Positions 1 through 12,482 of a DNA stretch of 64,000 nucleotides are shown one piece after another. Numbering within the stretch: the first letter of the stretch is position 1; the number at the start of each line of letters is the position of its first letter. This DNA comes from Podarcis liolepis. Lineage: Eukaryota. The stretch lies in the NCBI GenBank assembly GCA_965112155.1, contig OZ218100.1. One strand, given 5' to 3'. The position numbers were made by a program, and so were the translations under genes. The notes beneath the pieces were generated by a model. The model was not told the DNA's origin. It ran no database searches and saw nothing but the letters and a program-made list of their open reading frames with translations.

Positions 1-237
1 ACCTTGCAATTCGAAAGCATGTCAAAGTGCAAGTAGATAAATAGGTACCACTCTGGCGGGAAGGTAAACGGCGTTTCTGTGCGCTGCTCTGGTTCGCCAG
101 AAGTGGCTTAGTCATGCTGGTCACATAACCCAGAAGCTGTACGCCGGCTCCCTCGTCCAATAAAGCGAGATGAGCGCCGCAACCCCAGAGTCGGTCACGA
201 CTGGACCTAATGGTCAGGGGTCCCTTTACCTTTACCT
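1..237 (+). mobile_element. Sauria (Squam1) SINE, 3' part, truncated by the window start
   Basis: Matches the full-length copy at 56739-57090 (gtgcaagtagataaataggtacc...ggtcaggggtccctttacctttacc) and has the (ACCTTT)n-type tail. Confidence 0.9.
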
Positions 238-677
238 ATCCTTAACTGTATGGCTGGCAAAGATATAGAATTCTAAGTTCTATGAATCAGTGATGCCTTT
301 GGGTCCACAAAGGCATCCGTTTTATGCAACTCACGGAGTGGAATTTACCTAAATAGAGCATTTGCCACAAAGAGAATGAATGGTAGCAGAGACACATAAT
401 CAGTGCAAGCCTGATGAACATAAAGAGGGAGGACTTGGTGTACTAGGGCAACTATTAAAATGTCAATCCAATAAAATAACACTGTGTCCCATGTTGACTG
501 ATAATTTAAAAGGAACATTAAGTAAGCATTTCTGCTTAACTTCTGGCCTCTATTCATATCTGCACCTGTAGAAACAAGCCAAGGGGATGGGTGGGCAAGG
601 AAGTAGAATTTCAGCTAAAATTTAGGGCGTCTGCTTTCTACTCCTCTGCATCTGTAGGGGAATTCTAAGTTCCCATA

Positions 678-944
678 AAGGTAAAGGTAAACGGCGTACA
701 GCTTCCGGGTCATGTGGCCAGCATGACTAAGCTGCTTCTGGCGAACCAGAGCAGCGCACAGAAACGCCGTTTTACTTTCCCGCCGGAGTGGTACCTATTT
801 ATCTACTTGCACTTTGATGTGCTTTCGAACTGCTAGGTTGGCAGGAGCAGGGACCGAGCAACGGGAGCTCACCCCGTCGCGGGGATTCGAACTGTCAACC
901 TCCTGATTGGCAAGTCCTAGGCTCTGTGGTTTAACCCACAGAGT
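678..944 (-). mobile_element. Sauria SINE with an internal 3' deletion
   Basis: Reverse complement of the SINE body; 12-bp TSD TAAGTTCCCATA at 666-677 and 945-956; tail reads aaaggtaaaggtaaa on the + strand. Confidence 0.9.
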
Positions 945-1756
945 TAAGTTCCCATACTGGAGGTCAATAATAAGAAGGTATGAATCAATAAGCATTTATT
1001 GCATGTCCCCTATGCAGAAGTCGCTACAAAGGATTCAGTTGCAAAACAAGCATAGATATAGCAACCTAAAATCATAAAACCAACCCCTTCATTATGTTAG
1101 TTCAACACAGAAAGTATATTTTAGTGATACTAACCAATTAGCAGTTTACACCTTTTGACATGCGCAGTTAGTCTCATTTGTTGCTACCCTATTTTACATC
1201 GTCAGCTAGGCACAAGTGCTTAATCTACAATTCTCTTTGAAGCTGCTACAGCATTTGTTGCATTCTCCATCTCCTGATGTTTCTAATGTTTTCTGTAACA
1301 TAGCTTGCCTACTCCCTTTCAATCATGTCAAATATGGCCTTGTTTTCTTTCCACCCAGAAGTTTCTCTTCAATGCAACTTCACTAAACAATTTAACAATT
1401 TTGGCTCCCACACATCTTTCATTGAAGGTCTGCCCCAAGTTGTTGAATGGAACCTAATAACTTTGCATGGACTGCAGCATTAAGGTACAGTCCCACATAG
1501 TTTACTACATTCAAATCCCATTGAAACTGACGGGGAGTAAACATGTGCTGGACTGTAGTCCTCATGGCCATTTCAGTGGTCTTGTATGCAAAAATAAATA
1601 AATCACACACCTAGGAAAGCAAGTCCAATCTTAAACTGTGATCTAGGACCAGTTTTAGGACATTGGATGCATTTGAAATAATTTCAGTGGACAGGCTCTG
1701 GGTATTTTGGTGACCAAGCAGGAGCCAAACCAAGAACAATAGGACAGGCACCAGAG

Positions 1757-2276
1757 CATAGCTGTCAGCTTGCAGATTTGAAAATAAGGGACCAGCAACC
1801 TCGGAAATAAGGGATCAGCAGCCAAAATAAGGGATTTTCAGAGCACAGGTATGTTCGACTTCTGAGCCCCTCCGAGCCAAAGGCAGAAAGCCCAGCCAGC
1901 AGCCAAACAAAGCCTCAAGCGGTGGTTCCCACAGCGCAGCAACCCGGCAAAGGGGATGCAGCAAGGAAAACCACCGTCACTTCTCCGCTGGGAAGCGCTG
2001 AGCAAAGGCGAGTCCCCAGGCAATGCGGCCGTTTGATCGGCACAAGGCATGCAAGCTCCACCCCCAGTCATTCTTAGACTCCTTATTGGGTGAGCATCAC
2101 AGCCAAGCAACACCGTTGGAGCCTCCCTCCTCCCTGGTTGGCAGGAAGGGAGGGAGAGGAGCTGCTTCCTTTGAAACCCGGGAAATTTAAGGGACATTAT
2201 CAATAAGGGACAGCAGCGGGACACGGCGCTGGGATAAGGGACTGTCCCGCCAAATAAGGGACGGTTGACAGCTATG
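1757..2276. mobile_element. hAT-type (Blackjack-like) non-autonomous DNA transposon
   Basis: Terminal inverted repeats (TIRs) CATAGCTGTCA/TGACAGCTATG; 8-bp TSD CACCAGAG (1749-1756, 2277-2284); subterminal AATAAGGGA repeats; sister copies at 9399 and 12314. Confidence 0.85.
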
Positions 2277-3936
2277 CACCAGAGTCTGCATTTAGCATTT
2301 AACGCAGCAGACCAACATATTTCACAATATCCTGCCTCATTTTGGAAACCTTGTATCACCAAGGTGATATAAACTGTATTGGTAGCCCTAATGCACCTAA
2401 GGTACTGTACATGTCAGCAGAGGAGCCAGAGGAATATAACCCCCTTAATTTCCCAAACTTTTCAGCAGCCTTCAAAATGTATTTGTTTACTTTTATTTAT
2501 TTTTCACCTTCCCTCACGGAATTCTGCTCTGGTACAAGCCTACCCATACAGAGTGATCACCTGTGGATGCCATCCTCCAGCTTCTCCTCTCACCTGGGTG
2601 CTGATGAGAGGAAAAGGCTTTCATGGGGGTACTCTGCTTGTGGAAAGCTCTTGCCATAAAAGTTTGCCTGGTGTCTACTTTGATGTATTTTCCAGGTCCA
2701 CTGAAGACCTTTCTGCCCAGGCCTTTTAACTCATTATTATCTGTTCTAATTACACTGCTTTTATCAGCCATCTTTGGACTTGATTGTTGGTTTATTATGC
2801 AGTGTGTTCCGTAGTTTGTTCTAGCTGTTTTATTTGCCCGCAAAATATTTTGTATTGATGTGTGGCATATAATTTTTTTTTACATATATAAATCAAGAAG
2901 AAAAACTTGCTCCATGCCCAAATCTTGCTTAGCCAACTCTAAAGAATGTTAACATCTCTCTATGCTGGTTGTCAGGAGACGGGTACACTAAACATGGAAT
3001 TATAATAAACATTAGCCCAATGTTTGTGGAGCTTCAAAAATGGCTCACACTGTGAGCCTTTCCAGACCATTTAAACATTGTAGGAGTTGCATAATTCCTG
3101 CACTATGTTGCTTAAGGTCGGTGACTAAGATGGCAAAAGAACATTTATATGTTCTTTCTTTGATCCGCTGTCACTGCTAGTTAATTGTAGCCTGCAATAT
3201 ATCAGGCATGCAAGTCCAAATTATTCAGCACCTACTTTTGCTTTAAAATCTAACAGTTATGCTGGAAAAGATGGCAAGTAAAGGAAATGTGGATTAGAAT
3301 GGGATTTTAAGTGGGGGCTGGTTTAAAATAGAAAATACCGGTAATTCCCGTTGAAATGGAGGTGGAAGTCATAAAGAGAAAGAAGATTTACAAAACTAGA
3401 TGGAACGCTTTGTACATTTTTAGCACACTGTTGAATCAGCCCTGGTGCACAACGGCTAGAAGGTTTAACGATTTCAGTGATATAACTGACTACACTGACT
3501 ACTAAATAAATATCTAGTTATGATAATAGTACAGGGAGTTCAAGGGACCTGGATTTAGTTCTAATGAATCATGGGAAGGAGGCCAACTACTGCAAAGCAA
3601 ACACATATACAAACACCAACCTAATTGTTTGGGTACTGCAACAGTGCAGCAGCAAATTTGTGGAATATCACTTGCTCTAGTGAACGGAAAATACTGCACA
3701 GAAAAAGAATCACAGCATGAAGACACCATAGCTCAGCTGTACTGAAAAACTCCAGGGCCCCCAGTAAAGCACCATGCTCAATTCAAAGCTCTTGTCTTGA
3801 TGGTTAAAGTCCTACATGGCTTAGAACTGAAATACTGTACCTGTCTTCTTTCACATCATTTTGTTGTTGTTGTTGTTTTGTTTCTTACTGCTTTGTTAGA
3901 CACTCTGACAATATAATATTGGCACAATGGACAGTA

Positions 3937-4215
3937 CAGTGGTGCCTCGCAAGACGAAATTAATCCGTTCCGCGAGTCTCTTCGTCTTGCGGTTTTTTCG
4001 TCTTGCGAAGCACGGCTATTAGCGGCTTAGCGGCTATTAGCAGCTTAGCGGCTTTAAGAAAAAGGAAACAAACTCGCAAGAACTCGCAAGACGTTTCGTC
4101 TTGCGAAGCAAGCCCATAGGGAAATTCGTCTTGCGGAACGACTCAAAAAACGGAAAACTCTTTCGTCTAGCGAGTTTTCCGTCTTGCGAGGCATTCGTCT
4201 TGCGGGGCACCACTG
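3937..4215. mobile_element. Tc1/mariner-type MITE, family A
   Basis: TA-CAGTGGTGCCTCGCAAGACGAA...TTCGTCTTGCGGGGCACCACTG-TA; internal TCGTCTTGCG repeats; sisters at 25563 and 39086. Confidence 0.88.
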
Positions 4216-5018
4216 TATGGTGCAGGGGCTGCAGACAGGGTTGGAGTAGGCAAGGTGATCCCCTTTCCTCTGAGAATATGCAAGGAAGTATTTTCTGTTC
4301 CCACGTATGGCCCAAAGCCTGGGGCTGCAAATGAACATCAGGCAATTAGTGTGACAGCACACACCAATAAATGTTTACTTGGAAGCAAATCCCATTGTGT
4401 TCAAGGGGGTTTTTACTCCCCAGGGAGTGTGTTTAGAATTACAGCCTTCTTTCAACAATATAGATGGATAAAATTATGATTTACAGAACAGTTCTATTGT
4501 ACTATATTTTATAAATAACCATGCGGGGGTGGCAACTATTATGCTTATTTCATGTGTGGTTAAGAAAGCGAAAGAGGTAGCGATTTACCAAACTCATCCA
4601 GAGTTGCTTTGTTTGGGTAGAGATTGGAATACAACTCTAGGTCCCAATTTAGGATTGCATCTCTTTGACCACATGCAGTAGGTTTCGTATATTTGCCAGG
4701 AACAAGGTGGAGTTGGAATTCTCTATACATAATGCACTATACATCCATAAATCAATGGTTAAGGTTACACAAAGCTCACAAGCCATCTTTAATTACACTG
4801 ACAGCCTACTTACTGTAGCAATAACTTATTCTTTGAAACATAAAAAATGAACTACAGACCCTCATCCATTACTCTGGAACCTGTTTCAATCATTACATAG
4901 AACGCCAAGATCATAAACTAAAAATGCCCCCACTATACTACTGTTTTCCCAATGTCCTCATCAAACATAGAAAGATAAAAATAATGTGACTAGGCATAAA
5001 AATACCTGGCTATTGCAG

Positions 5019-5096
5019 AAGTATTAAATTTCAAATAGATGCCCTACTATAGTATTACTAAGTATTAAATTTCAAGTAGGTGCCCTACTATAGCAT
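5019..5096. repeat. Local tandem duplication, 41-bp period
   Basis: AAGTATTAAATTTCAAaTAGaTGCCCTACTATAG at 5019 and AAGTATTAAATTTCAAgTAGgTGCCCTACTATAG at 5060. Confidence 0.85.
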
Positions 5097-5599
5097 GATC
5101 TGGAAGCATATACTATGTCCTCCATTAATATACTATTATTCTTCCTCTCCTTTACCTGTAAGCTTACCGTAATTTGAGACTTAATGTGGGGGTTTTTTTG
5201 TCTCAATACTTAGAAAGTAAAAAATCTTTCCACATTTGCTATTTCCTCGTGAACATACTTTTTAAAAAAAACAATATTTGGGGGCAGCTGTATTCTCAGT
5301 TTTGGGGGATCAAAACTCTTTTCCTGGACAGCGACCCATACTGAATAAAGCAACAATACTATACACAAGTTATCTGGCAGTAAACTCAATTGGACTCAGT
5401 GGGACATACTTCTGAGTAGGCATATATGGGTTTCCACTGTAAAATCTTTTGAACAGTAGTCTCAGATTTGGAGTGGTATACTTGCCTTTTTCAGAATTAT
5501 AAACCCTGGGGTTATATTTCCCATTACTACCTGTAAATGAACAAATACTTTGACACAGCTGGAAATCCTGGCTTGTTAGAGTTTAGGTATACCTATCAT

Positions 5600-6190
5600 A
5601 TATTTATTATGATTACGATATTATTACAATTTATGACCCACTCTTCACCCTACAGTCCTAGGGCAGTCTACGATAATTAAAATACAATATTACAAACAGT
5701 TTAAAACAACTTAAAATTACAGATATAAAGCACATTTGCTGAAGGGTGCATACAGATGGTGCTACCCTCCAAGCTTCTAAGGGTGGTGGAACAACCAAGA
5801 AGGCCCCCTCTACTGATCTGAGTACACAAGAGGATGTGTAGGGAAGGAGCAGTATTTTGGGTATTAGGGGCCTGAGTTGCTTAGGGCCTTAAACAATAAC
5901 GTAAGTACCTTGAATTGGGCCCAGGAATGAGCTGGCAACCAGTGCAGCTGTTTAAAATGTGGGTTATATGAGCTCTGAACAGAACCCCAGCCAATATTCT
6001 GGCCACTGCATTGTGGACTAGTTTCTGAGTCACCTTCAAGGGCAGTGCCACACAGAATGCATTACAATAATCTAATCTGGAAGTTACAGAATGCAAATAG
6101 AATGCATTACAATAATCCAATCTGGGGTACAGTGGCCTAGTCATCTCAGCCCCAAAAGGGGCCGTAGCAGGTGAACTAGCCAGAGCTGAT
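5600..6190 (-). mobile_element. L2-clade LINE 3' fragment (degraded)
   Basis: Minus-strand translation SRLDYCNAF...LPLKVTQKL..VHNAVARIL is typical of the L2 ORF2 C-terminus; the RLDYCNAF segment is locally duplicated; AT-rich tail near 5600. Confidence 0.75.
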
Positions 6191-6224
6191 TTCCTGTGGA
6201 ACTTAATATACTGCTATATTTTCT

Positions 6225-6716
6225 CCAACAGTAGAAGAATGGCAGATGAAGATGTTGGACTTTTTGGAGCTGGCTGACCTGACTGGAAGAATCCGTGATC
6301 AGAAAGAGGAGGAATATCAAGAAGAGTGGAAGAAATTTAAGGACTATTTAGCTAGATATTCGAATATAACATACCGGTAAGTAGAATCACTTGTAAGTAC
6401 CAAATTGGCCTAGGATTAAAATATCTTGAAATTTATAACATTATGGACTGAAAATATTATGAAAAGGAAGGAAGACAGAAATTTGAATAAGTAAATTTTA
6501 TTGGAAAATAGATATTGGAAAACTGTTACAATGAGATTTATTGAAATTCAGTTAGGAGGGATTTGAGGAAGTCACTTAACAATGTAAACTGAATTGGACC
6601 TTTAACAGTTAGGTTTTTATATGTTTGTTTTTATTTCTAATACTGTAATGTTTTTTTTCTTTTTGTGTGTTTGTTTTAAATTTGGGAAATTAATAAACAA
6701 ACTGAAAGAAAGAAAA
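6225..6716 (+). mobile_element. L1-clade LINE, 5'-truncated 3' end
   Basis: Frame 6225-6380 reads PTVEEWQMKMLDFLELADLTGRIRDQKEEEYQEEWKKFKDYLARY..stop, resembling squamate L1 ORF2 ends; AATAAA and A-rich tail; 9-bp TSD ATATTTTCT (6216-6224, 6717-6725). Confidence 0.75.
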
Positions 6717-7602
6717 ATATTTTCTGACAATGCCAACCCCCAGCCTTGGCCAATATCCTTTTATGATTATCCCATTCAGTGATGGTTCTGTAAAACTTTC
6801 TGTAATGGTAATGGTTCTGTAAAACTAGAATTAAAAGCTTCCTATTTGTGATCTTTGCCCCTGTAATTACTTCTTGTTCAGCAACCACAATATTACTAAA
6901 TAATTGTTTTTCGTTAGCCAATTCAAATTCTCCATAGTTTTCCAATTTTTTTGTTTTTGTGTTAAGATAGGTAGATAGTGTTTAAAATTTACAAGGCGAA
7001 GAAAAAAGTTAATTTGAAAAAATCAGTAATTGCCTTTTGGTAAGAACAGGAACTTACCAAATAAGGGACAATATGGTAATGCTATATTCCTGCTCAACAG
7101 GAAACAAATACAGGATAGAAATCATAGGGAGAATGTTTATAGATAATCACACTACAGTATAACCCTAAATAGCTACCATAACACTTCACCAGTCCGTACT
7201 AGTGTTGCAATTGCATTTTAAACTAGGCTTTAAAAAAGATGGGAAGACAATACAGAAAACAATGATATGCAACATGTTGGCAACAATGCCTGTATTCTTC
7301 TTTACAAGTGAGTGCATGAAGATAGCAATTCCAGATTAAACAGATAATATGGAAGCAACATTGTTTCCTCATTGTAAATAAAAACGGTTGCTTGTTAAAA
7401 CCATTGCCTCTCAATGGCCTTTCTTCTCAGATTTATTTGGGAAGACTAACACTGAAAATTATTTTGGAATGTGGTTTTGATTCCCCCCCCACCATGGAAA
7501 ACATCTATTGTTGACTGTAGACAGATTCAGAGAATGTGACAGCAAATAATCAAGATTTTACTTAACAGGCTTGCTCTTTTGCAGATAAAGTGGCAACAGT
7601 GA

Positions 7603-8064
7603 AAGAAATGAGATTCTAAGCATCAGGAATACAGTGGTACCTCGGGTTACATATGCTTCAGGTTACATACGCTTCAGGTTACAGACTCCGCTAACCCAGA
7701 AATAGTGCTTCAGGTTAAGAACTTGCTTCAGGATGAGAACAGAAATCGTGCTCCGGTGGCGCGGCAGCAGCAGGAGGCCCCATTAGCTAAAGTGGTGCTT
7801 CAGGTTAAGAACAGTTTCCGGTTAAGAACGGACCTCCAGAATGAATTGAGCACGTAACCAGAGGTACCACTGTAACTTTATGATGGTAAGAGCTGTTCAA
7901 CAGTGGAACGGACTCCTCAGAAAGTGGGGGACTCTCCTTCCTTGGAGGTTTTTAAGCAGAGCTTGGATGGCCATCTGTAATTGATATGTTAATTGAGATT
8001 CCTACATTGCAGGGGGTTGGACTAGATGGCCCTTGGGAGCCCCATAGAATCTATGATTCTATGA
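7603..8064 (+). mobile_element. CR1 LINE 3' end, interrupted by a MITE
   Basis: gtaagagctgttcaacagtggaac...ccttggaggtttttaagcagag...gggggttggactagatg...(attctatg)n CR1 tail. Confidence 0.8.
7632..7872. mobile_element. Tc1/mariner (Tigger-like) MITE, family B
   Basis: TA-CAGTGGTACCTCGGGTTAC...GTAACCAGAGGTACCACTG-TA; internal CTTCAGGTTA repeats; sisters at 11319 and 21732. Confidence 0.88.
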
Positions 8065-9056
8065 ATAGCAATAGACAAATTAATAACACTAAAGGGTCTC
8101 CTATTTCTCAGCTCGTATTTCTCTATTAACTTGAATAACATTTTGAGGGCCTGGCTACTTTACACCTGCTAAAACAAATTTAACTGAAAAACCTTCTGTT
8201 GGAGCTGACACAAGTTAGTCAAAGTTTCTGTCTGAATTGTGATGATCATTTGATGCCAAAATCATCAGCTATAAACATGTCATTACCCAAGGGAAACAAA
8301 AGAACAAAATAGACACCCAAATGCTTCTTGATATTTACCACTTAGGTAAGATCGCAAATATAAACATCCTCCAAATTTGAATACAATGCCCTGTAACATT
8401 CTTCAGACATATGCCACAACATTTGTCATTTTCCCCAGGTCAAACACCCTATTAAAGCAGGCTAATTTTCAAAAGAAAATCATTTCACAATATTTTAAAA
8501 GTTGTTCACCTACCTAGAATGATTCAAAAGAATATCCCATAAGAAAAAAAAGCCTAAGACTGCAACCCTAACCCCACTTACCCAGAAGCAAGTGCAACTG
8601 GATTCAGTTGAACTTACTTCTGGGTAGATATGGTTAGAATTGTGCTGTAGATTATGATAAAAATTCTCTATAGAATATTCCAAAGACATTTCTCACCCCC
8701 ACCTATTTCCTGGGCTACCTATTAAGCTCACATATGCATGCATTATTGAGATGCTAAGCCCACACAATGCTTCAGGGAAGTGGGGGAGAATAGCAAAAAT
8801 TAACTGCTCTCTAGTTAATTGCAATAGCTTTGAAGTTGTATTAATTCAAATTTAAACCCGGAGTTGTAACAAGATAAGCAATAAGAGCCCACAATTTTTG
8901 CTGCTTTTTCATTCAAACCACCTTCATCCATACAATTCAGGAATTCAGTAGACTGGGTCCTTGCACACAGCCTACTCCTGCTTTGGAACAGGAATAGATT
9001 AGTATAATATAGCAGTATCTGCTGCTAAGAAGGAAAGCAGAAGTGCTAGGCCCCAT

Positions 9057-9204
9057 CAGTGGCGTAGCGTGGGGGGTGCGGGGGGGGCCCGGCCGCACCG
9101 GGCGCAACATCTGGGGGTTATTGTTAGGGGGCGCAAATCCACGGGTTAGGGGGCGCAAATTACTTGCCTTGCCCCGGGTGCTGACAACCCACGCTACGCC
9201 ACTG
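9057..9204. mobile_element. hAT-type MITE (148 bp)
   Basis: TIR CAGTGGCGTAGCGTGGG/CCCACGCTACGCCACTG; perfect 8-bp TSD GGCCCCAT (9049-9056, 9205-9212). Confidence 0.88.
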
Positions 9205-9398
9205 GGCCCCATCACTAACTAGGGACAGCACATGTCCCTATGATTCCTCACTGCCCACAGAGTGCTTGTTATATAGCTGTTGCAGTGTTCCTCCTAGTGG
9301 TGGTGTGTGCCGCTTCACCGCTAGAGGTGAAATGGGAATTGCTGCCCTGCCCTGACACTGCTGCCGCCACCTATACCACCCAGCCACCTGCGGAGAAG

Positions 9399-9847
9399 CA
9401 TAGCTGTCAACCGTCCCTTATTTGGCGGGAAACTCCCTTATCCCAGTGCCGTTTCCCGCTGCTGTCCCGGATTGATGATGTCCCGTAAATTTCCCGGGTT
9501 TCAAAGGAAGCAGCTCCTCTCCCTCCCTGCCTGCCGGCCAGGGAGGAGAGAGGCTCCAACTGTGTTGCTAGGCTGAGTTGCTCACCCAATGAGGAGTCTA
9601 AGAACGACTGGGGGGGTGGAGCTTGCACGCCTTGTGCCGATCAAATCGGCCGTGTTGCCTGGGGACTTGCCTTTGCTCAGCGCTTCCCAATGGAGAGGTC
9701 ACAGTGGTTTTCCTTGCTGCATCCCCTTTGCTGGGTTGCTGCGCTGCGGGAACCACTGCTTGAGGCTTCGTTTGGCTGCTGGTTGACTAAAATCCCTTAT
9801 TTTGACTGCTGATCCCTTGTTTTCAAATCTGTAAGTTGACAGCTATG
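9399..9847. mobile_element. hAT-type element, same family as 1757-2276, opposite orientation
   Basis: TIR CATAGCTGTCAAC/GTTGACAGCTATG; 8-bp TSD CGGAGAAG (9391-9398, 9848-9855). Confidence 0.88.
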
Positions 9848-11318
9848 CGGAGAAGTAGCACTGGCATCGATTTTGGGTGAGAACTCATGTATTTTGAAAG
9901 ATCAGGCCCAAAAGATGGCTGCTCTGACCCTGGTCCCACCTCCATATCTGTCCTCCATGCAAAGACATGGTAGTGACCCAGTTTCTGTGACTGTAATGAG
10001 TAGATATTTACAAAAGGTTTGGATTTTATTTGTTTTCCGCTATGCTCTACATACCTTTTCCTCACCTAAAAATACTAGATTTTATTTAAACAAGCCCAGG
10101 GCATTCCCAAATAATCAGCCCAGTGTCAGAATGGTGCTTTATTTGCCATGTTTTACTTCAGAGAAAGCAAGAAAATTGTTCAGAAAATAATTAAGTAGTC
10201 TTGTTTTCTTTTCAATTTTTCGGTGTGCATCCATCAGGAAATAATACACATGGCATCTTGCTAAATAGGAGCTGTAAAATTAAACTGTCAGTTTCCTGAA
10301 TTCACATTGGCAAATATGCTCAGCTGCAACCAATAGAAAAGTTCACATTTCCATGAACATTTTTACACATGGGATGGTATTTCTCTTATTTATTAAGTAA
10401 CCCTCTTTCTCTTGAGTTTTGGGAACTGCTAACTTGCCTTTTAAGAAGTAGTAACACAACCATTTCTCAAAACATTAAAAAAGACAGAGGAACCCTTTCT
10501 AAAAATAAATGTGAGTTTGTACAACAGTCATGAAGAATTATATGTGTGTGGTTTAAAAAAGGCAGACATTTTAGAATGAAACTGCACATGCCCGAGGGTT
10601 CACCCGCTTTGCTTGGAAAAGCTGCTTATGGCCTTTTAAGGGTCAGAGGAGAAGATTAGTTAATTAGATGGAGTCCCAGGCCCTGAGTTAACTTACAAGT
10701 GAAAAATAAGGCAGCTAGTGACAGATGTGAAAGAGGTGTGAGGAAATTGTAAAGGGCAAGACTCTAAAAGACAATATAGAAGATGATGGTATATCAAATT
10801 CAGTAGGTTCCTTGCAATGAAGTTTGTTCCTATAGTGAAATAAGATAATTTACATAAATAAATTATGCACATATATTTTATTAGGCAAAAGGTCAAGTTT
10901 CAAGCAATATTGCTGAAATATAAGTTATAATATATAACTTACTGCTTATGTTAAATGTTCTTATTTAAGGCAGCAAAAGCCACTGTGAGAGGAAAACCCC
11001 ACACATATTTTGACATCTAGAAGCCTTCTCAAGGCTAAGATAACTATGGACATTTATGTAACAATAGCAACATAATGGTTTGTTTACCATTATTCAGTTC
11101 ACTTCTTGGAACCTATGGTATGGTTAGTTAGTTTCTTGGTTCTTATGCTCTATCTGGTCAAGAGCTACTGAGATAAACAAAAGGCATTATTTAAATATCA
11201 GCTCATTATTTAAATAACAGCTCACAAGAAGATAATTACCGTACTCTACTGTATTTCAGTACTGTAGTCCAACACTTAGAATTAAGCTGTATGAACATTA
11301 TTACTTAATATAGATATA

Positions 11319-11536
11319 CAGTGGTACCTTGGGTTAAGTACTTAATTCGTTCCGGAGGTCCGTTCTTAACCTGAAACTGTTCTTAACCTGAAGCACCACT
11401 TTAGCTAATGGGGCCTCCCACTGCCGCTGGAGCACAATTTCTGTTCTCATCCTGAAGCAAAGTTCTTAACCTGAAGCACTATTTCTGGGTTAGCGGAGTC
11501 TGTAACCTGAAGCGTATATAAGCCGAGGTACCACTG
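11319..11536. mobile_element. Tc1/mariner MITE family B, inverted relative to 7632
   Basis: TA-CAGTGGTACCT...AGGTACCACTG-TA; body is the reverse complement of 7632-7872. Confidence 0.85.
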
Positions 11537-11656
11537 TATATATATTTGGTTGCAGCTGTAAGACACCTGCCCCTCAAATCTACTATATTTTCTCTAACGG
11601 TAGTCCCCCCCCCCATACTTATATGTACACAGCCGGTGGAAGATGAGGGGGCAAAG

Positions 11657-11900
11657 GAAGAAGAGTTTGGATTTGATATCCCGCCTTTCACTCCCCTTCA
11701 GGAGTCTCAAAGGGGCTAACATTCTCCTTTCCCTTCCTCCCCCACAACAAACACTCTGTGAGGGGAGTGGGGCTGAGAGACTTCAGAGAAGTGTGACTGG
11801 CCCAAGGTCACCCAGCAGCAGCATGTGGAGGAGCGGGGAATCGAACCCGGTTCACCAGATTACGAGTCCACCGCTCTTACCCACTACAGCACACTGGCTC
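11657..11900 (-). mobile_element. tRNA-derived MIR/CORE-like SINE (Squam3-like), near full length
   Basis: Minus-strand Pol III B box GGTTCGATTCC and A-box-like start; CORE-like ctgggtgaccttgggccagtcac; (TTC)n tail. Confidence 0.8.
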
Positions 11901-12313
11901 TTACTGACCAGCTAGTGGCAGATGGGCTCTGTACTGGGACAAGGGTAAATCTTGCAACATAAAATTGCTGGTATGCTTTTCTGCATATGTGGCCTTGGTT
12001 TGCTGCATTTGTAGCACCGAAGTGACCTCTCCAGGGCGATAGCCTGGGCACTGTGTATACAGGACTCTAGTGACCTTGGTGCTCTGTGCCCTTAACAGCA
12101 TTTTGCGTAGAACAGACCCATGTCTGGACATACTCTTGATAAAAAGAATGAGATAATAAATTTATCAGGCGACTCTTTTCCTATCAGTTTACCCTATGTG
12201 GAAGCCATATTGATGAAGCTTATTCCCTAGGTAAGTTTGGAAACTTCCATGAAATGCAGCAATCTATTTTCTGTGATGGATGTTTTAAAGCAGAGGTTGG
12301 GTGGCAACCTGCT

Positions 12314-12482
12314 CATAGCTGTCAATCTTCCCTTTTACGGTTGGAAATTCCCTTATTCCAGTGCCGTTTCCCACTGCTATCCCGGATTGTTAGATATTCC
12401 GTAGACTGTCCCTGGGACAAGTGAGCCTGCTGATCCCTGATTTTTGATCCCTTATTTTCAAATCTGAAAGCTGACAGCTATG
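12314..12482. mobile_element. Short hAT MITE related to the 1757/9399 family, inserted in a CR1 relic
   Basis: Same TIR CATAGCTGTCA/TGACAGCTATG; TSD AACCTGCT/AATCTGCT (1 mismatch). Confidence 0.8.

Noticed and set aside
1838-2362. 174-aa minus-strand ORF with a similar ORF at 9589-9786
   Set aside because: Both lie mostly inside copies of the same non-autonomous hAT element; the similarity reflects the repeat, and there are no transposase motifs.
3937-4215. Regularly recurring TCGTCTTGCG/CGCAAGACGA motifs resembling a CRISPR or operator array
   Set aside because: Eukaryotic context with irregular spacing; these are subterminal repeats of a TA-flanked MITE present three times in the window.
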